Origin: Lingula anatina
Lineage: Eukaryota > Animalia > Brachiopoda
Reading direction: 5' to 3'
DNA: 64,000 nt
Assembly: GCA_051362555.1 (NCBI GenBank)
Contig: CM120641.1
Location: 13,950,001-14,014,000 of the forward strand
A program made the translations under genes and the position numbers. Below the pieces are notes generated by a model. That model made no database searches. It was not told the origin of the DNA and worked only from the letters and a program-made list of their open reading frames with translations. Positions 48,901 to 59,994 of this stretch are shown here, piece by piece (within the stretch, counting starts at the first letter, position 1; every line of letters begins with the position of its first letter).

Positions 48901-50317
48901 AACACCGACAGTCGGTCACAAAATAGATGCTGTTTGTTTAAAAGTATCTTATCCGGGATTTCCCTGCCAAAAAAAGTTATTTGCCCTTACTCACAATTCA
49001 TTGCTTGGAATCGATATTTTATGCCGTTTAAAAGTTAATAATTTCGTTTAAATGTTTCCCATAATGTTTAGACCGCAATGTCCTCCTGTACATTCCAGAA
49101 GGAACTATCAATGTCTGGTACTTTTATTCGAAGTATTTGGGGGCTTTTATCGTTTTTGAAAGTCTGCATTGAGAAAGATAACAAGCTATGCAGGATATGT
49201 AGACATAAAAAATATGATATCGGGACAGTCTCAAAGTATTCTTTTAGCATGTCTGTATAAAAACGACACCTGCCTTTGCGTGTTTATGCAAACTTTTTTC
49301 AAATGTGCATTTAAGAATATTTGCAAGAGTAAGAAAACTGATATGCCATGTATCAGAGTAAGGCTTTTTTAATTTCTATTTTTTATTTTTCGTGTTTTTT
49401 ACTTGTTTTGAGTCAAAAATCGCTTCTGGTAAGAAACGCGTTAAATACAAAGTACCTCACGATTGCCAGTAAAAAAAAAACTATATGCACAATATAGTTT
49501 CAAAGAAGTCTATATAACTTAGTGCACTCAAATGGGAACCATATCAAAGCGCGTTAAAAAAAAAAAGCGACAATTGATACACTGTATAAAAAGTCATCTA
49601 CCAGACAGCTGAAAACCAAATATCTGTTTTAAATCAAATGTTATATTTTCTGGATAGATGGAATTGCAACAGGTAGTCAAGAAATGTGATTCATACAATA
49701 ATGACCATTATTTAAATGCATTTTGATAACATTAAGAATAATATTGATTTTAAGGATGCAGGGGTTTGAATGAAAATCGCATCGTACGTCGTTCAAATAG
49801 TCGTGACAGACGTAGTAGAGCAACAATCCTTACATACGAATATTCGTTCTCAGTCATGGTCTTAAAAAGTGTTAACAGGCCTTATGCCAAATTATAATCA
49901 CATATAACGACGAAATGAATGGATTATTTAATTTAATGTCATTTTTCGAATATTAAAATAAAAACCGAAGAACTTGAATTACCTGCTCTGGTGACAAAGC
50001 CTTCACTCTGCCTTACGCACACCTAGAATGCAAAATAAAAAATTATTCATTTAAAACTCTAAGGGTATATGGCATCCAAACTTTTGTGATAGAAAGATTT
50101 TTGCAAAACAATTCATGAAGATTTCTAATGATGGAGGTTGATAATCCTTTCAAACAGCCGTTCTCGACGTATGATAAATACAAAATGTTGCTCCAATTTT
50201 ACTATATGTTCATTATCTATGTAAATATTAAAAACTCACCAGTAGCAGGATGGCAACAATGGCACAAAATGGAGATCCCATCTTGGATGCCTGAAGTCCG
50301 CCAGTTTTGGCGCACAT
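8146..50317 (-). CDS. Polycystin-1-like (PKD1/PKD1L/REJ family) receptor-channel subunit, 44 exons, about 3752 aa, apparently intact
   Basis: Exons traced by splice sites and phase (5'->3'): 50240-50317, 49983-50022, 46564-46687, 45999-46186, 44989-45221, 43063-43219, 42765-42925, 41524-42199, 40954-41147, 40632-40737, 40063-40161, 36769-39807, 36222-36479, 35743-35905, 35123-35218, 34624-34829, 34176-34373, 33243-33373, 32771-32951, 32359-32522, 31974-32099, 31600-31711, 31398-31450, 31116-31145, 25967-26105, 25475-25572, 25154-25283, 24371-24875, 16308-16390, 15999-16135, 15328-15552, 14833-15077, 14470-14602, 13390-14175, 12730-12935, 12252-12438, 11824-11995, 11347-11460, 10809-11087, 10184-10350, 9741-9899, 9224-9479, 8739-9008, 8146-8300. 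Sum 11259 nt = 3753 codons including TAA. Motifs: WSC, WDFGDG PKD repeats, REJ, CLCNHLTAFG GPS, PLAT, WIDRYTR and F..KFLKLMRFN of the polycystin channel region. Exact orthology (PKD1 vs PKD1L vs PKDREJ) not determinable here. Confidence 0.93.
14470..16135 (-). CDS. Polycystin-like exons 30-33: GPS autoproteolysis motif, TM1 and PLAT/LH2 domain
   Basis: CSFWDEENEVWSYDGCE|VGELTTPYSTQCLCNHLTAFG (HL/T site), then TM, YLYEILVYTGSRKGGGTTAQV...FERGGVDSF...RVWHDNSG...YFFICDRWLAVEEDDG. Confidence 0.93.
16621..16940 (+). repeat. Ngaro split direct repeat A1
   Basis: 320 bp, matches 23701-24020 line by line except position 8. Confidence 0.95.
17869..18380 (+). pseudogene. Frameshifted SGNH/GDSL hydrolase ORF inside the Ngaro element
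   Basis: Across frameshifts: MEIMITGRSLIR (block I), WL/GKSGAR (block II), LLQLGGNYV (block III, GGND-like), QEGVHMNELG (block V, DGVHxN-like). Confidence 0.7.
18455..19250. repeat. Tandem repeat, unit 194-195 bp, about 3+ copies plus shorter degenerate sub-repeats, inside the Ngaro element
   Basis: aggccgctttctcttatttgtacaaa recurs at 18601, 18796 and 18990. Confidence 0.9.
19900..20300 (+). pseudogene. Gag-like ORF remnant with Cys/His zinc finger (Ngaro)
   Basis: WKAHNEKFRLKRP...KWEEED; FNRG then (frame from 20221) YCSYYRCRFKHKCLLCGRP. Start boundary approximate. Confidence 0.6.
20450..21790 (+). pseudogene. Reverse transcriptase and RNase H remnants (DIRS/Ngaro type)
   Basis: TPVKYQILENLLAGYN...LVEGF; FVTSPIYVVPK; SVNDGI; YYFDKKLPMG; ILYLLDDFLIL (catalytic DD); PFLRRLINL; IFTDSSG; HIPGVDNCAANALSR. 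Multiple frameshifts and poly-A interruptions. Confidence 0.85.
21930..22709 (+). pseudogene. Tyrosine recombinase (phage-integrase family) remnant of the Ngaro element
   Basis: AMFTLAFFGLLGISEV (catalytic Arg replaced by Gly), CPVRWV, HSFRIGGAT, IKLLSRWRSDTYMKYLRF. One frameshift near 22470. Confidence 0.88.
22745..22916. repeat. Three diverged ~57 bp tandem units in the Ngaro 3' UTR
   Basis: gcactagcgact(a/g)gaagtgtc...ttc...caatatgcta repeated three times. Confidence 0.75.
23495..24333 (+). repeat. Ngaro 3' block: B1 (23495-23709), A2 (23701-24020), 98 bp spacer, B2 (24119-24333)
   Basis: 215 bp B copies tggcgggaagtaatcccc...gtcttagctaatgataaa appear identical. A2 abuts and overlaps B1 at aatgataaa. 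Confidence 0.95.
26655..27791 (+). CDS. Glycerophosphodiester phosphodiesterase (GlpQ/plant GDPD-like), intronless, signal peptide plus hydrophobic GPI-type tail; nested antisense in polycystin intron 24 (copy 1)
   Basis: 378 aa ORF: RPLVIAHRGSSG..PEHT..AY..A...GADVIECD..TKD..LVCLHE, GIYVETK, FLQSF, GLKVHPFTFRNE, GVDGLFTDFP. Catalytic His and metal-binding E/D motifs present. Hydrophobic N- and C-termini. Confidence 0.93.
   Translation: MGSLRQFLYFPLCFYLVMAREPKLNHGVSLPTDRPLVIAHRGSSGMRPEHTVEAYELAVRQGADVIECDLCVTKDLQLVCLHEPWLNASTDVANFTQFAERVKTYSIFDEANNVTIVKTDYFSVDFTLDELKKLRKRQYRKYRDQNYNGRFQIASFDDFLQVAKTAERIVGIYVETKAPTWTATLPIMNNTTFEDLVVKEVQKYGYTEATDPCFLQSFSEKSLEIFATKTKLPLVMLVKYSPNNEEFERFSRICYGVGPWKTLIVPSWTSRNGDKNYIKNSTDFIEKAHSFGLKVHPFTFRNEDEFLPWNYGQDPYAEYEKFIELGVDGLFTDFPATLKRYLNCGSEFSLVNSATINNSFKLRVFLSTLSIILKFYCS
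27979..28006. repeat. (TG)n microsatellite
   Basis: TG run with one interruption, downstream of GDPD copy 1. Confidence 0.85.
28358..29252. repeat. Diverged ~130 bp direct duplication (28358-28490 and 29125-29252) between the two GDPD genes
   Basis: gtagccgag...gacacatagg(t/c)tatactgt...accagcttctt(t/c)attct(t/c)actgttg...acgactgactga(t/c)gaatg present twice. Confidence 0.7.
29383..30534 (+). pseudogene. Second tandem GDPD paralog, intronless, interrupted by one in-frame TGA (30130-30132); young pseudogene, null allele, read-through or sequencing error
   Basis: ATG 29383. RPLNIAHRGSSGMLPEHT...IECD...CLHE...HIEIK. FCY*VGPWKD aligns to ICYGVGPWKT of copy 1. The same frame continues through GVDGMFTDFP and a hydrophobic tail to the stop at 30532-30534. 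Confidence 0.85.
33575..34078. mobile_element. TA-flanked MITE with ~49 bp TIRs (polycystin intron 17), containing a nested element
   Basis: TA|ggggagaccggggctagttggaccccggggtaagttggccccccatcaa ... ttgatgggggaccaacttaccccggggttcaactagcgccggtctcccc|TA. Confidence 0.85.
33657..33930 (+). mobile_element. Non-autonomous Helentron/HINE (DINE-1-like) element nested in the MITE
   Basis: 5' ttattacctccgccaaggaggttatg, internal (GTCT)-type microsatellite, subterminal IR ccttggcaaaggt, 3' hairpin gcgctctctgagtgc, CTAGTT end in a T-rich site. Confidence 0.75.
35394..35591. mobile_element. Second copy of the same Harbinger-like MITE family
   Basis: Shares gacctaactccctgggggttcacgctaa...cagcttttagtaggcgg...aatctagtgagactcccc with 47169-47368; flanked by AAA/AAA. 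Confidence 0.75.
36769..39807 (-). CDS. Polycystin-like giant exon 12 (3039 nt): tandem PKD (Ig-like) repeats and start of REJ module
   Basis: 1018 aa ORF with repeated WDFGDG/WEFGDG/IDYGDG...H.Y...G.Y.I...A.N motifs, followed by CKWPSVSL...LPYGLYKFRLNVSM...LVAKIAGG (REJ). Confidence 0.93.
45999..46687 (-). CDS. Polycystin-like exons 3-4: WSC domain
   Basis: DYVGCFPE...MIVDICKYRCEEDHYGYAGLLRGKYCYCSDS...CVNACSGNNTENCGG...AVYR: canonical 8-Cys WSC pattern. Confidence 0.9.
47169..47368. mobile_element. 200 bp MITE with ~30 bp TIRs and TTA target duplication (PIF/Harbinger-like)
   Basis: TTA|gactgcattcccacaattttagatcgatc ... gatcgatctaaaatttgtgggaatgcagtc|TTA. Confidence 0.8.
49983..50317 (-). 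CDS. Polycystin-like exons 1-2: signal peptide
   Basis: ATG at 50317 (or second ATG, MGSPF): MCAKTGGLQASKMGSPFCAIVAILLL|VCVRQSEGFVTRA. GTGAGT and GTAAT donors; phase matches the WSC exon. Confidence 0.75.
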
Positions 50318-53300
50318 TTTATTTTGCGGTGCTCAGGCCGAGAACCAGCCTTCGTTTTGCTCTGTGTCTCACGATCTGATCCTAAAGTCTGGGACGACAA
50401 CCAATGCCTCTCAGCCTGAGGGTTTTATCAATAATCCATTGTCATGAATAACAGATAGGTGAAAGAACAGGTTATTGACGTGAGATAATGGCAGATATTG
50501 CATAACCGCCTAAACGATTGATTTTTGGAGAAATGTAAGCCTTTACTACAATGCGCTGTTATTGGACAGACATGAATCCATAGACCATTCTTCTATTTGT
50601 ACGGCATGCATTTTTAAACAGGGTGATATCAGCTTCAGGCAGGTATTAAGACTATCTAACTGTTTATTGATTCGGTATCACGTTGGTAGCTACCCATTAA
50701 GCTCTGATTCCGATACATCACCGGTAACCAGTATTGATGAGAGGCACTTTTAATTAGTTATCTAAGACGAAGGGTTTCATACGACTAAGCTTATTTGTCT
50801 GCGAACTCCCAAGTGGCTGCGTGAAACAACTTAGGTACTATGGAACGCGATACTGTACTATAATTTGACATACTGATTGAAATCTCACATTTCCAGGTAA
50901 ACGATACAGCCTACATTTCAATTTAATGAAATGAAAAAATTCAGCCTTTAAAATATCGGTAGGTTTCATCCAAGTGAATTGTATTATTCCATATGAAGAC
51001 GGTTACAAAGTTTAGCCCATTTTATTCATCTTATTAAAAACTGACTGCATAAAAAGAAGGAACTTGATCGATTTTTTTTACCGGTTATGTAATACCCCCT
51101 GGTTTGAGCTTTTCTAAATCGATGCGTGGCAGTAATCGGAAATCGAATCTCGTTTACAATCCGACAAGTCGCGACAAATTCGTCCCTTGAAAGTGCTAAT
51201 TGAAAAGCTGAGATAGGAAAAATATTTAACAATAAATGGTTTAATGAAACCAAATCAGAAACCATTTTCAAAACCAGTTTCAACTTTATCTCCACCCATG
51301 ATAGCCACTGAAAACAAAACGTTAACGATTTTTAAAAATGTTGGACAAGCCAACATATCGACTCCAGTTATGTAATCTAGTCTTTCTAAGGCATCTTCTG
51401 TTTCGATTGTATTGATTTTTTATTAATGGTCACTGAGATATCCGTGGTTTAAAAGGCTCTACTTCATTCACTGTTGTTTCAAAGCAGTCCTTTTTTGTCT
51501 GACAGTATAGGGAGTTAAGCGATACTGGCTATTTGCAGCGTACCTAAAGCCGTAACTTGAGATGCTTGCATACATATTTAACAACCCTCTGTCCGTATTA
51601 GCAGTGTTATGAATATATTTGAAAGGACTGTACTTATGCAGAAGTTATGCGAACGCTTTTTACATCAGAAATCGTTACAAGGTCCTGACTGTCTAATATT
51701 ATCCCCCTGCAGAGGCAAGAATACCCTTTGCAAACGGGTGTTGTTTTTGTTTTCATTTTTCAAACAACAGTATTCAGACAGATGTTTGAAAAAATAATTG
51801 GAAATGATAAAACAGCAAATCCGTGTGCAAAGTTTAAGATCGGAAAAGTATTTAAACGCTGCTGGTAAAGACAACTTTAGAATTCTGATCTACTAAACTG
51901 AAAATCGAGACTTTAGAAGTGCATCACAGATCCTCAAACACGAGGAAATGCCTGTTGAACCTGTAAGTGGTGCAACGTTGTGACAGCTGTTCAGAGTACA
52001 TCTAACACAATCAGTGCAGACCGCGGCATCGTTGTAGAACACACCTTTAGAAGTGATTTCACTGCGGGGCAATGTAATTCTATCTCTCTGTGAATAACAT
52101 AATGCTAATAACCTGGTGCCTTCCAATGGACAGCAACACACGGTATTTTGTCTTTTGTCTTTTCTCGCAGCAGGAGTACGTGTCACTTTTATTGCAATGA
52201 TTTTATTATTTCTTTAAGGTTGATAATATAGGCCTTCTGTCATGTCCAATTTGGCTATCGTAATATTATATAAATAAAAAGGAAAAAAAAAAAGGAAAGG
52301 AAAAACCAAAATAGACCCCTAATACTATCAATGTAACAACAAATTCCCATCTCTTTTAGTAATATATAGATAATACTGCGAAATAAGATCCCTGCCCCTA
52401 ACCTCTAATAACATATTACGCAAAGCAGCAAATGAGATGTTATTAAGTCATATTTCACTTCAACTAAGACCTTATTTGGGTGAGTAAACTTATGTACGAG
52501 AAGAAAGATCGCGGGTTGATTAGTTGGTAAAACATGTCTATTTTCAAATGTATTAATTTCTCACTTTAAGTATCCCCATAAAAGTAACTGAGGCTTAGAA
52601 AATAAGGCGGGCCGAATGACATATATGACAACTATGCTACGCCCAAAGGCTTCTTTTTTCATCTAAAAAACAGCTCCGCGGCTCTCTTTTCTCTGGCCGT
52701 GTCTGACGCCTTCTTTTGAACTTCGGGGACCTCTTATGGCTGACATACAGAGACGCACCGATCCGCGCTGACCTCTAGCGGGCTTTTATGAAACAAATAC
52801 ATGATCCGTCGTTACGGTTCACAGTTCGCTTTTTGCTGGTTAAAGAGGTAAATGAAACATTGAAAGGTCTGTAGTATTTGTGGTTAAATTAAGAATTCCT
52901 ATTGCCTTGATATTAGTTCATAATGGATAATTTCTGTTGGATAAATATAAGCCTAATGCAAACTCACAGATTGTAATCTAAATCGGTTTGTTACCGCTAT
53001 ATTAAATTGAAGAGGATTGTAAATTGCTCACTTAAGTATACGGACACATAAAAATAGCATCTTTTCCAAACGACATGTTTTGCTGAGATTCCACTTTCAA
53101 TCGAAGCAAACAGGAAAGTTATGATTTTTAAGTTATAAAAGAATTATGTTAAATTACCTCAATTTTCTGTAAAGATGACTTTTACTCCGCAGGTATATGC
53201 GGGCGAAAATTACTATAATTTTCTTCATAAAGCATATGGTTCTCTTTTTTTCAACTTCAGATAAGTCACACGTCTTACTTGTGCGGACATTTTCCCCTTC

Positions 53301-53579
53301 TATAACGCTGTTTGGCGCTTGTTAAGTTTATTGAACTAAATTAAAACACGAAAAAAAGTCTGTCAGACAATTTTGTGTTCTTATTTCGATAAATAATCCA
53401 TAAATTTTGTGGTGAAAATTTCTTTTACTGCTAACGTGTACTAAAAAAAGGAATTGTTTAAATTATGTTAATCATTTTAAAAAAATGAACAAGGAATAGA
53501 TGAAATAGTAACCTGCGCTAAGAGAGTGACGCAACAAACAAAGACAAGCCTTACTCGAAGTCAAAACAGTCTTCTGTTA

Positions 53580-55860
53580 CCCTCTTCCAGAGCGGCAGAT
53601 ATTATAGGCACATTTTCCACCAGCCAGTTAGAAGATTGACCATATTTAGCCAGAAAAATTATCTATGAATATCTAGTGAAAAATCAATCTGTGGCACTGC
53701 TAGAGGGTAGTCTTCTGTGGGAAGCACTAGTCGAAAAGAGGAACAGCAACCAGTTTACAGCTTGCTGAGGTTCGTTGCAATAAAATGAATTAAACTTTTC
53801 GATTATTATAAACAATGTGACGACGTAAAGTCAATCCCACACAATTTTATATGCATCGACGGGCAAATAGAAACAAAGCCAAACTACAAAACACACTGGC
53901 GGATGATTACGACTGTTATCCTTGACCAGAAAAATTAGGATAAACAGATCCCAGTATGTCGACTCGGGACATATAAAGTCACGTCATTTCAAGGTAATTC
54001 TCTTATGAGGTATTTGTTGTGGTATTGTTTTCTTTCTTTATTTTTCTTTAATTTTTCTTTCACAGACAACAAAATACCATTCATTCGTTCTCTTTTTCTC
54101 ATTAAGAACTCTTCCATACCTTTGTCACCAGTTTCAGAAACAGAACTAGCTTTCTGTTATTCAAAAGTGAATAAAGAACACCGAAAGTGCTATTATTATA
54201 TTATTATTATTATTTATATTAGCCAAAGTGTTATGCTTCTTTTTTTCCAAGTTCAGATAAACTATTTTTCACTTGAAATACATTTTACCTAAAATGATAA
54301 CCCGGCCATCACTGGCATTTCACATTTCAGCGCACTTATCCAGTCTAGTATCTGATTTCTTTGAAAAGAATTTACAGAAAGTTCATAAAATTCTTTACAA
54401 AGGGAACAGTTCTATCAATTTAATTTAAACTACATCATCATTCATCTTTAATATGACTTTGGTCCGGTGCTAAGAGGCACAATCAGCTTTATATGAAGAC
54501 AAATGCACCATTTGGGTAAAAAACATTGCTAATGAAGACAAATAAGGGTTTCCTGTCGATTGCAATTTAATTCCTGCTGAAACTGTGAACAACTTGAACA
54601 ATACTATTTGTGCTATTAACAATCTACCGTTTTTCAAAGTCCTTCATATCAGTAGTTCGGGGGAACACTACAGTGTTGATTTGTTTTGGAGCAGTTTTAT
54701 TTCTGTAATTTCTCGTTTTTTATTTGGCTGAAATAAAGAAGAATAAATCATTTTAGTCTATATCCATTCCTCCCATTTCCCATAAACAGATATGGATTTT
54801 TTACTGCAGATCTATTACTATAATTTGGATGTGATATTTATTATTTCTGTGGCCAGAAATCTCCCACCCATCCTTTATATAATTCAGTTAAACATTGAAT
54901 AATTCAATAACGCGATTGACAATCGCCCCTCTTTCCATCCAGATAAATTGCACCTCTCACCTGTTACAGTAACTGAAGTCTATGTTTCCATGTAGAAATA
55001 AGGCTGTCAAAGATAAAGGTGGGGCACTGATAGAGAACACCAGTAGCACGTAGTATTTTTAATACTACATAATGTTTCTTGTCATTCGCAATTTGAAACG
55101 TTTTTGGTCATTGTAACCAACGGAAAGACACGTTCTGGTTTTCGGAGGGCGCATTAACTCATACCGCACCAATATTGGACTTTGTAGTTATTAAACGGAT
55201 ATTTACAAAAAGAAAAGTGTACTTCATATATGGCCTGCTTGTGGCGTGGCATGTTGAGCAACAGATATTCATTTACACGTTTATTATAGATAGAATTTTA
55301 ACGGGTGGCATTTATCTCCGAAATCATGACATTGCAAGTAGAAGAAAATACTGGTATATTCCCTCTATAAAGTTTCCTGTATACGGTTTTTACCTAGGGG
55401 CTGTTTAAGTCATGCATTAGTTTATTTACCGCCACATAAGGATTTACTGAATAATTTATGTATCTTAGGTAATTTTTTCGTTCTTCAGATTTCACGTACT
55501 TAATATGACATTAAAAAGATAAAATATCCTTTATGATCGGTCGTCATTGAATCATTTACGTCCTGTTCCCTTGGAAGTATTGCGGCTGTGTGTGCACCAT
55601 TGTTACAACCAGCTGCATACATTCAAGCATAAAATACACCGTGAATAATGATCAAACAAGTATTCATCAAAAAGATTGAATAAAATATTAAAATCACAGC
55701 TGTGAAATTATTCGCCAGTGTGAATGTTTTTGTATCAAATGACATTGAATGTCTTTATAAAGACGCGTTATAGCTCATGGTGGTACCAGTAGTTACGAAA
55801 CACAAAGCACGTTACCTCTCTCTTTCCAACCTTCATAGCCACCATACTGCTCAGATAACT
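53580..55860 (-). pseudogene. Possible heavily decayed multi-exon pseudogene with reelin-repeat-like motifs
   Basis: Stop- and frameshift-riddled frames give YFQGNRT, SIFFYLQ, GHI*STL, PILVRYEL, NVSFRWLQ. A second unit gives NFSGQG, ILLQ../AVNWLL, LPSSSA..TRYS*, WLVENVPI. The order matches reelin sub-repeats. Confidence 0.35.
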
Positions 55861-57242
55861 GCATAAATATAAATGCCTTTTATTTTTATTCCAATCGTTG
55901 CATACAATATTAGACTCATTTTTCTCTATGTCTATTGTATTTGTTTCTTACTTGGAGAGCGATTTTTTGCAAGTTGCTCATTTTACTGTTATGCGGCTTG
56001 TAAAACTATTAATTTCTGACATCTATTTAGACAAATTTTTATATCGTTAGTATAAAAAACGAAAACGCACCTATAAGGTATATTTAAAAGGAAGATTCAA
56101 ATTAAGAAACTTATACAAAAATTGTTAATGGTGTTAAACTAGCCGTATGATAGACTTCCTGTTGCTCTTCTATGCCTGTCTTTTTACCTCTTTTGATACA
56201 AGATTCAGAGGTCACAAACTAAAATTGTTTGAGGTTGAGGCATATACATATGTTGCAAGGCCTGTTGCACAAAAAAGTGTTGGTTTTACATATATATTTT
56301 AATGTGGACCATGAGTTTAAAATTGATAATGCAAGCCGTATATAAAATAGGTTCAAAAATTGAGACGTAATAAAGAGACCCAGTTAATGATTTCAACAAA
56401 TCTGTCTTGGTGTTATCATCTGTTAGTAGGTAATTAACAAGAATCGGGTCTACTGTGATTAGGTTAAACTTAAAGTTATAAGAGCCAAAGTAAAATTGTA
56501 TACGCACTCTGCCATTTACCATGTATTTTGAGATTGGTTGTACTTAACTACTTGCGGACAGGGACGGGTATATATATAATTTTTTTTTACTTTGATAACC
56601 ATAAAACTCTCCTTATTTGCTTGTTTGAGGTAAATCTTAACCACTAACTCGGTCCATAAATATCTGAACATTGTAAAAAAATACTTCATAATCAGCTTTT
56701 GGCCAGTCAAACAGATCATTCTAGTTTTTTAATTAAGGCCTATGAGATAATTTAACTGTTGTAGAATTTGTAAATTTTGTTGATTTTCAATGAAGTACAA
56801 AATGTACCATTGGATAATGATAATATTTAAAAGATAAATATATTCATTTCACCTGCAATGCGTGATACGAGATATCTACCTAAGGAGTTAAATCCGAAAT
56901 TCATTTCTGAATATGATTGAGTTGTCAAAAATTCCTCCGCATCAATTACCGAGCTGTCACTTCGTGGGAAAGTGGTAGTCGGAAAGTCATCGTACATATT
57001 AAATGGTTCAGTTTCGTGCCAAGCGCGTATTACAATGAGTGATAAACGACGGTGATGAAATTCAAATTTGATACTTTTGGCGCCTACCTTGCGTTGTATT
57101 GATCGGGTGGTGTTGTCATTACTTCTAGCACGAGTCTTGGAGTTTTAATCAGAGTCGTATCTCATCGTTGGAATTTTCCCGACACCTCAACGATAGGCTT
57201 GGAGAGCAGACACGGACCGTGTAATTAAGTGTAACTGTAAAT

Positions 57243-57515
57243 TACCTGCATGATCAACAGAAATCTGGTTGCGGTCTAAGGAGATGATTTACTGGAAATC
57301 TATTTAAGATTTAATATAAGAATATTTTATTAAAAAGGATATAGATATACGTTTTGTGGTACCATAAAAAATCAGAAATACTTCAATTATATTGAATAGA
57401 ATATTATAACTACGAAAATATCGAATTATTCATAATCAGAGATGTCTTTCAAATAATGTTTTTAATTTCACCTCCGTTCTTTTTCTTCCTAGTATATATT
57501 TTGATCATGCAGGTA
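57243..57515. mobile_element. TA-flanked MITE with perfect 15 bp inverted termini (including TA)
   Basis: tacctgcatgatcaa ... ttgatcatgcaggta, AT-rich interior. Confidence 0.55.
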
Positions 57516-58996
57516 TGTAAAATTGCCGGTCTTAACTTAATGTAGCTAATCAGTTAAATGGCATGTACACAGTATGTTGTTAAAGTTTACTGTTCATTCT
57601 AAAGAAAAAAGTTAGTCGTTTTTCTAAACGAATTGGTGTAACTCTAAAATCTACAGCTATATAGAGACTTTTCGGCCAAAGAGAAAAATAAGAATGCCGA
57701 AGAAGAAAGTATTTATTACTGTTAATGTCGATGCGCTTAGAATGTCCAAATTGCGCGAACCTTTATGGAAACTCCTGTTTTCTTTTAATGGCATATTTAA
57801 CGCAAATAAAAAGCAAAATAGAAGCGTGCAGATATTTCTGCACTAATTAGAAAACAACGTTACCGGTCCAATTATTATGCTTCGTTGGTGCTGCTTTTTG
57901 GTTGGTGTGTAATGATTCGTTTATCGCCTACTTATCAAACGCGGGGCAAGTGTGAAAGGCTAACTTTGTGTAAGCAGCTATTGTTTGTCTAATTATTTGT
58001 GATTGAGTTGGGAGAAGGCGTTCTACCCCTCCCAAACCACTTTAATTTGGCCTCCACAGGAAAGTAACGAGCCAGGCGGACCTTTTGATCTTTGTTGGGG
58101 GCAAGTATTCATCAGAAGAAATCAAATTTAAATGAAAGAAAACTAAATTGACGCGAAACTCTCATTTTGAGATGCTAGAGGGTTTTATTTTAATGTATCG
58201 CGTTGTGAGTGAATCACGGTTTTGTGTACTGCAAATGAAGAGAAGGGTTCAAAATTAGCGTGTATAGTATATAAAAGATAAAGAAGGTATGCGAAACATA
58301 TAAAAATCTTGAAAAAAAGGGTTGAGCAGATGCTGGATTTAAGGGTGTCAACTGGAAAAAAATCTCAGCAAAAATACGAACTGTTTGCTGATCAGCCGGG
58401 CTATCCATGTGCTGATTAAATCTGGCCAGCGAACAATGCCTGCTCAGTTATCGCGGTGCGTTTGAACTATCTGATCCTGCGGATCCTTGCCTCTTCCATA
58501 CCTCTGTCAATAGGGGTTTCTTTCGTGTCAACCTCTCTACCATAAATTAAGATAAATCGTTTTCTGGATACGATACGTTTGGTCTTCCTTACTTAAACAG
58601 AATTAATCTGGGTATACCCAATAACAATTTAACGGGGTTTCTTTTTGCAGAACTTTTGTTGTGGCACCGCTTATTCAAATTAACGCTAAAGGTAGCTATT
58701 TTTGAAATCATTATCTATCACAACAACACCTTAACCTGAGCCGTGAAGTCTGTGGCAGCAACGTTTTGGGGTTTCATTTGCGCCCTATTATACCACTGCG
58801 CTTATTTGATTCGGTACAGAAAGCGTTTGTGTCTGTGCTTTACACGATGGGTCTTTCTCTCTGTCTTTCACGTCACCTGCCGACCAAGCAGACTTGAGGG
58901 ATCAGGAGACGATAGGGATCCTTGTATTTGATGAAATGCTGATAAAATCAAGACTGCAAGTCATAAATTAAGCATTTTGCTGTCATGGGACTTTAA

Positions 58997-59930
58997 AGGA
59001 GCAATTGCGATGATTTTTATAATCTACTTGCTCCTATTTTTAATTTGAAGAAAAAAGTCTGAGGAGGAGAGGTACACACCAACGAATAACTTTGATAAGA
59101 CTTCATCTTCATCTAGTGTCGAGTATTTAGTGGTGATAGGCATAATTTGAGCAACACGGTCATTCATGGGCCACTGAGTAACCCAAATCTGAAGTAAGAA
59201 CATTTTCGAAAAAATATCCTCAGATGTAAGAATTGAATAATTTGCAAGGTTTCAGAAAATGTTTTAATCAAATATCCCCCTCTCGTAGATATCTTGAGTG
59301 CTCCAGTTTAGTAAACACAAAAATGAGCATGAACGGACAGAAAATAAAATGAAAATGAATATCTTGTTGAAAGTAATGCTGCCAATCGTTCAAGGTAAAC
59401 AAAAACCTGATTCAAAATTAACCTGCTCGACCACTGTTCAATTTTTGAATTATTTGACTTTCCTGGAACCGAGATTATTTTCCTTGCAATTTTATTTAAG
59501 ATTATTTATGCTACAGTTTACTATTGAATATCTTCTTAAAGATTCCAAATAGTTTCACGTTCTTGATTCAAATTTAAATCAATTATTTCACGCATTCAGA
59601 TCCTCTCACAGAGGCTATTATGTATATCTTATATACAACGAATGAAAACACTTTGTTCATAGTTAGGATAAAAAAAGAAGGTTGCAGATGTAAAGAAAAA
59701 TGGATTTCAATGAAATTCAGCAAAACGAGGTATACTGAAATGCCGACAACGATATGAGCATAAGTATCTCAGATTTCAAACAAATAACATTACTGTGCTG
59801 AAGGGATTTGAAAAATGGAAGTCGAAGTGGGCTGTCAAGACGCGGTCACGTAAGTGGCTTGGGCGTGTCACGCGTAATTTGAGAGTAACCTGCTATCATC
59901 ACGACAGACAGTTGTCAGAGTGACGATTAC

Positions 59931-59994
<64 letters not shown>

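Noticed and set aside
51893-52186. Cys-rich 97 aa ORF
   Set aside because: Cys spacing matches no domain I recognise; non-ATG start; not linkable to the polycystin, whose signal-peptide exon lies downstream.
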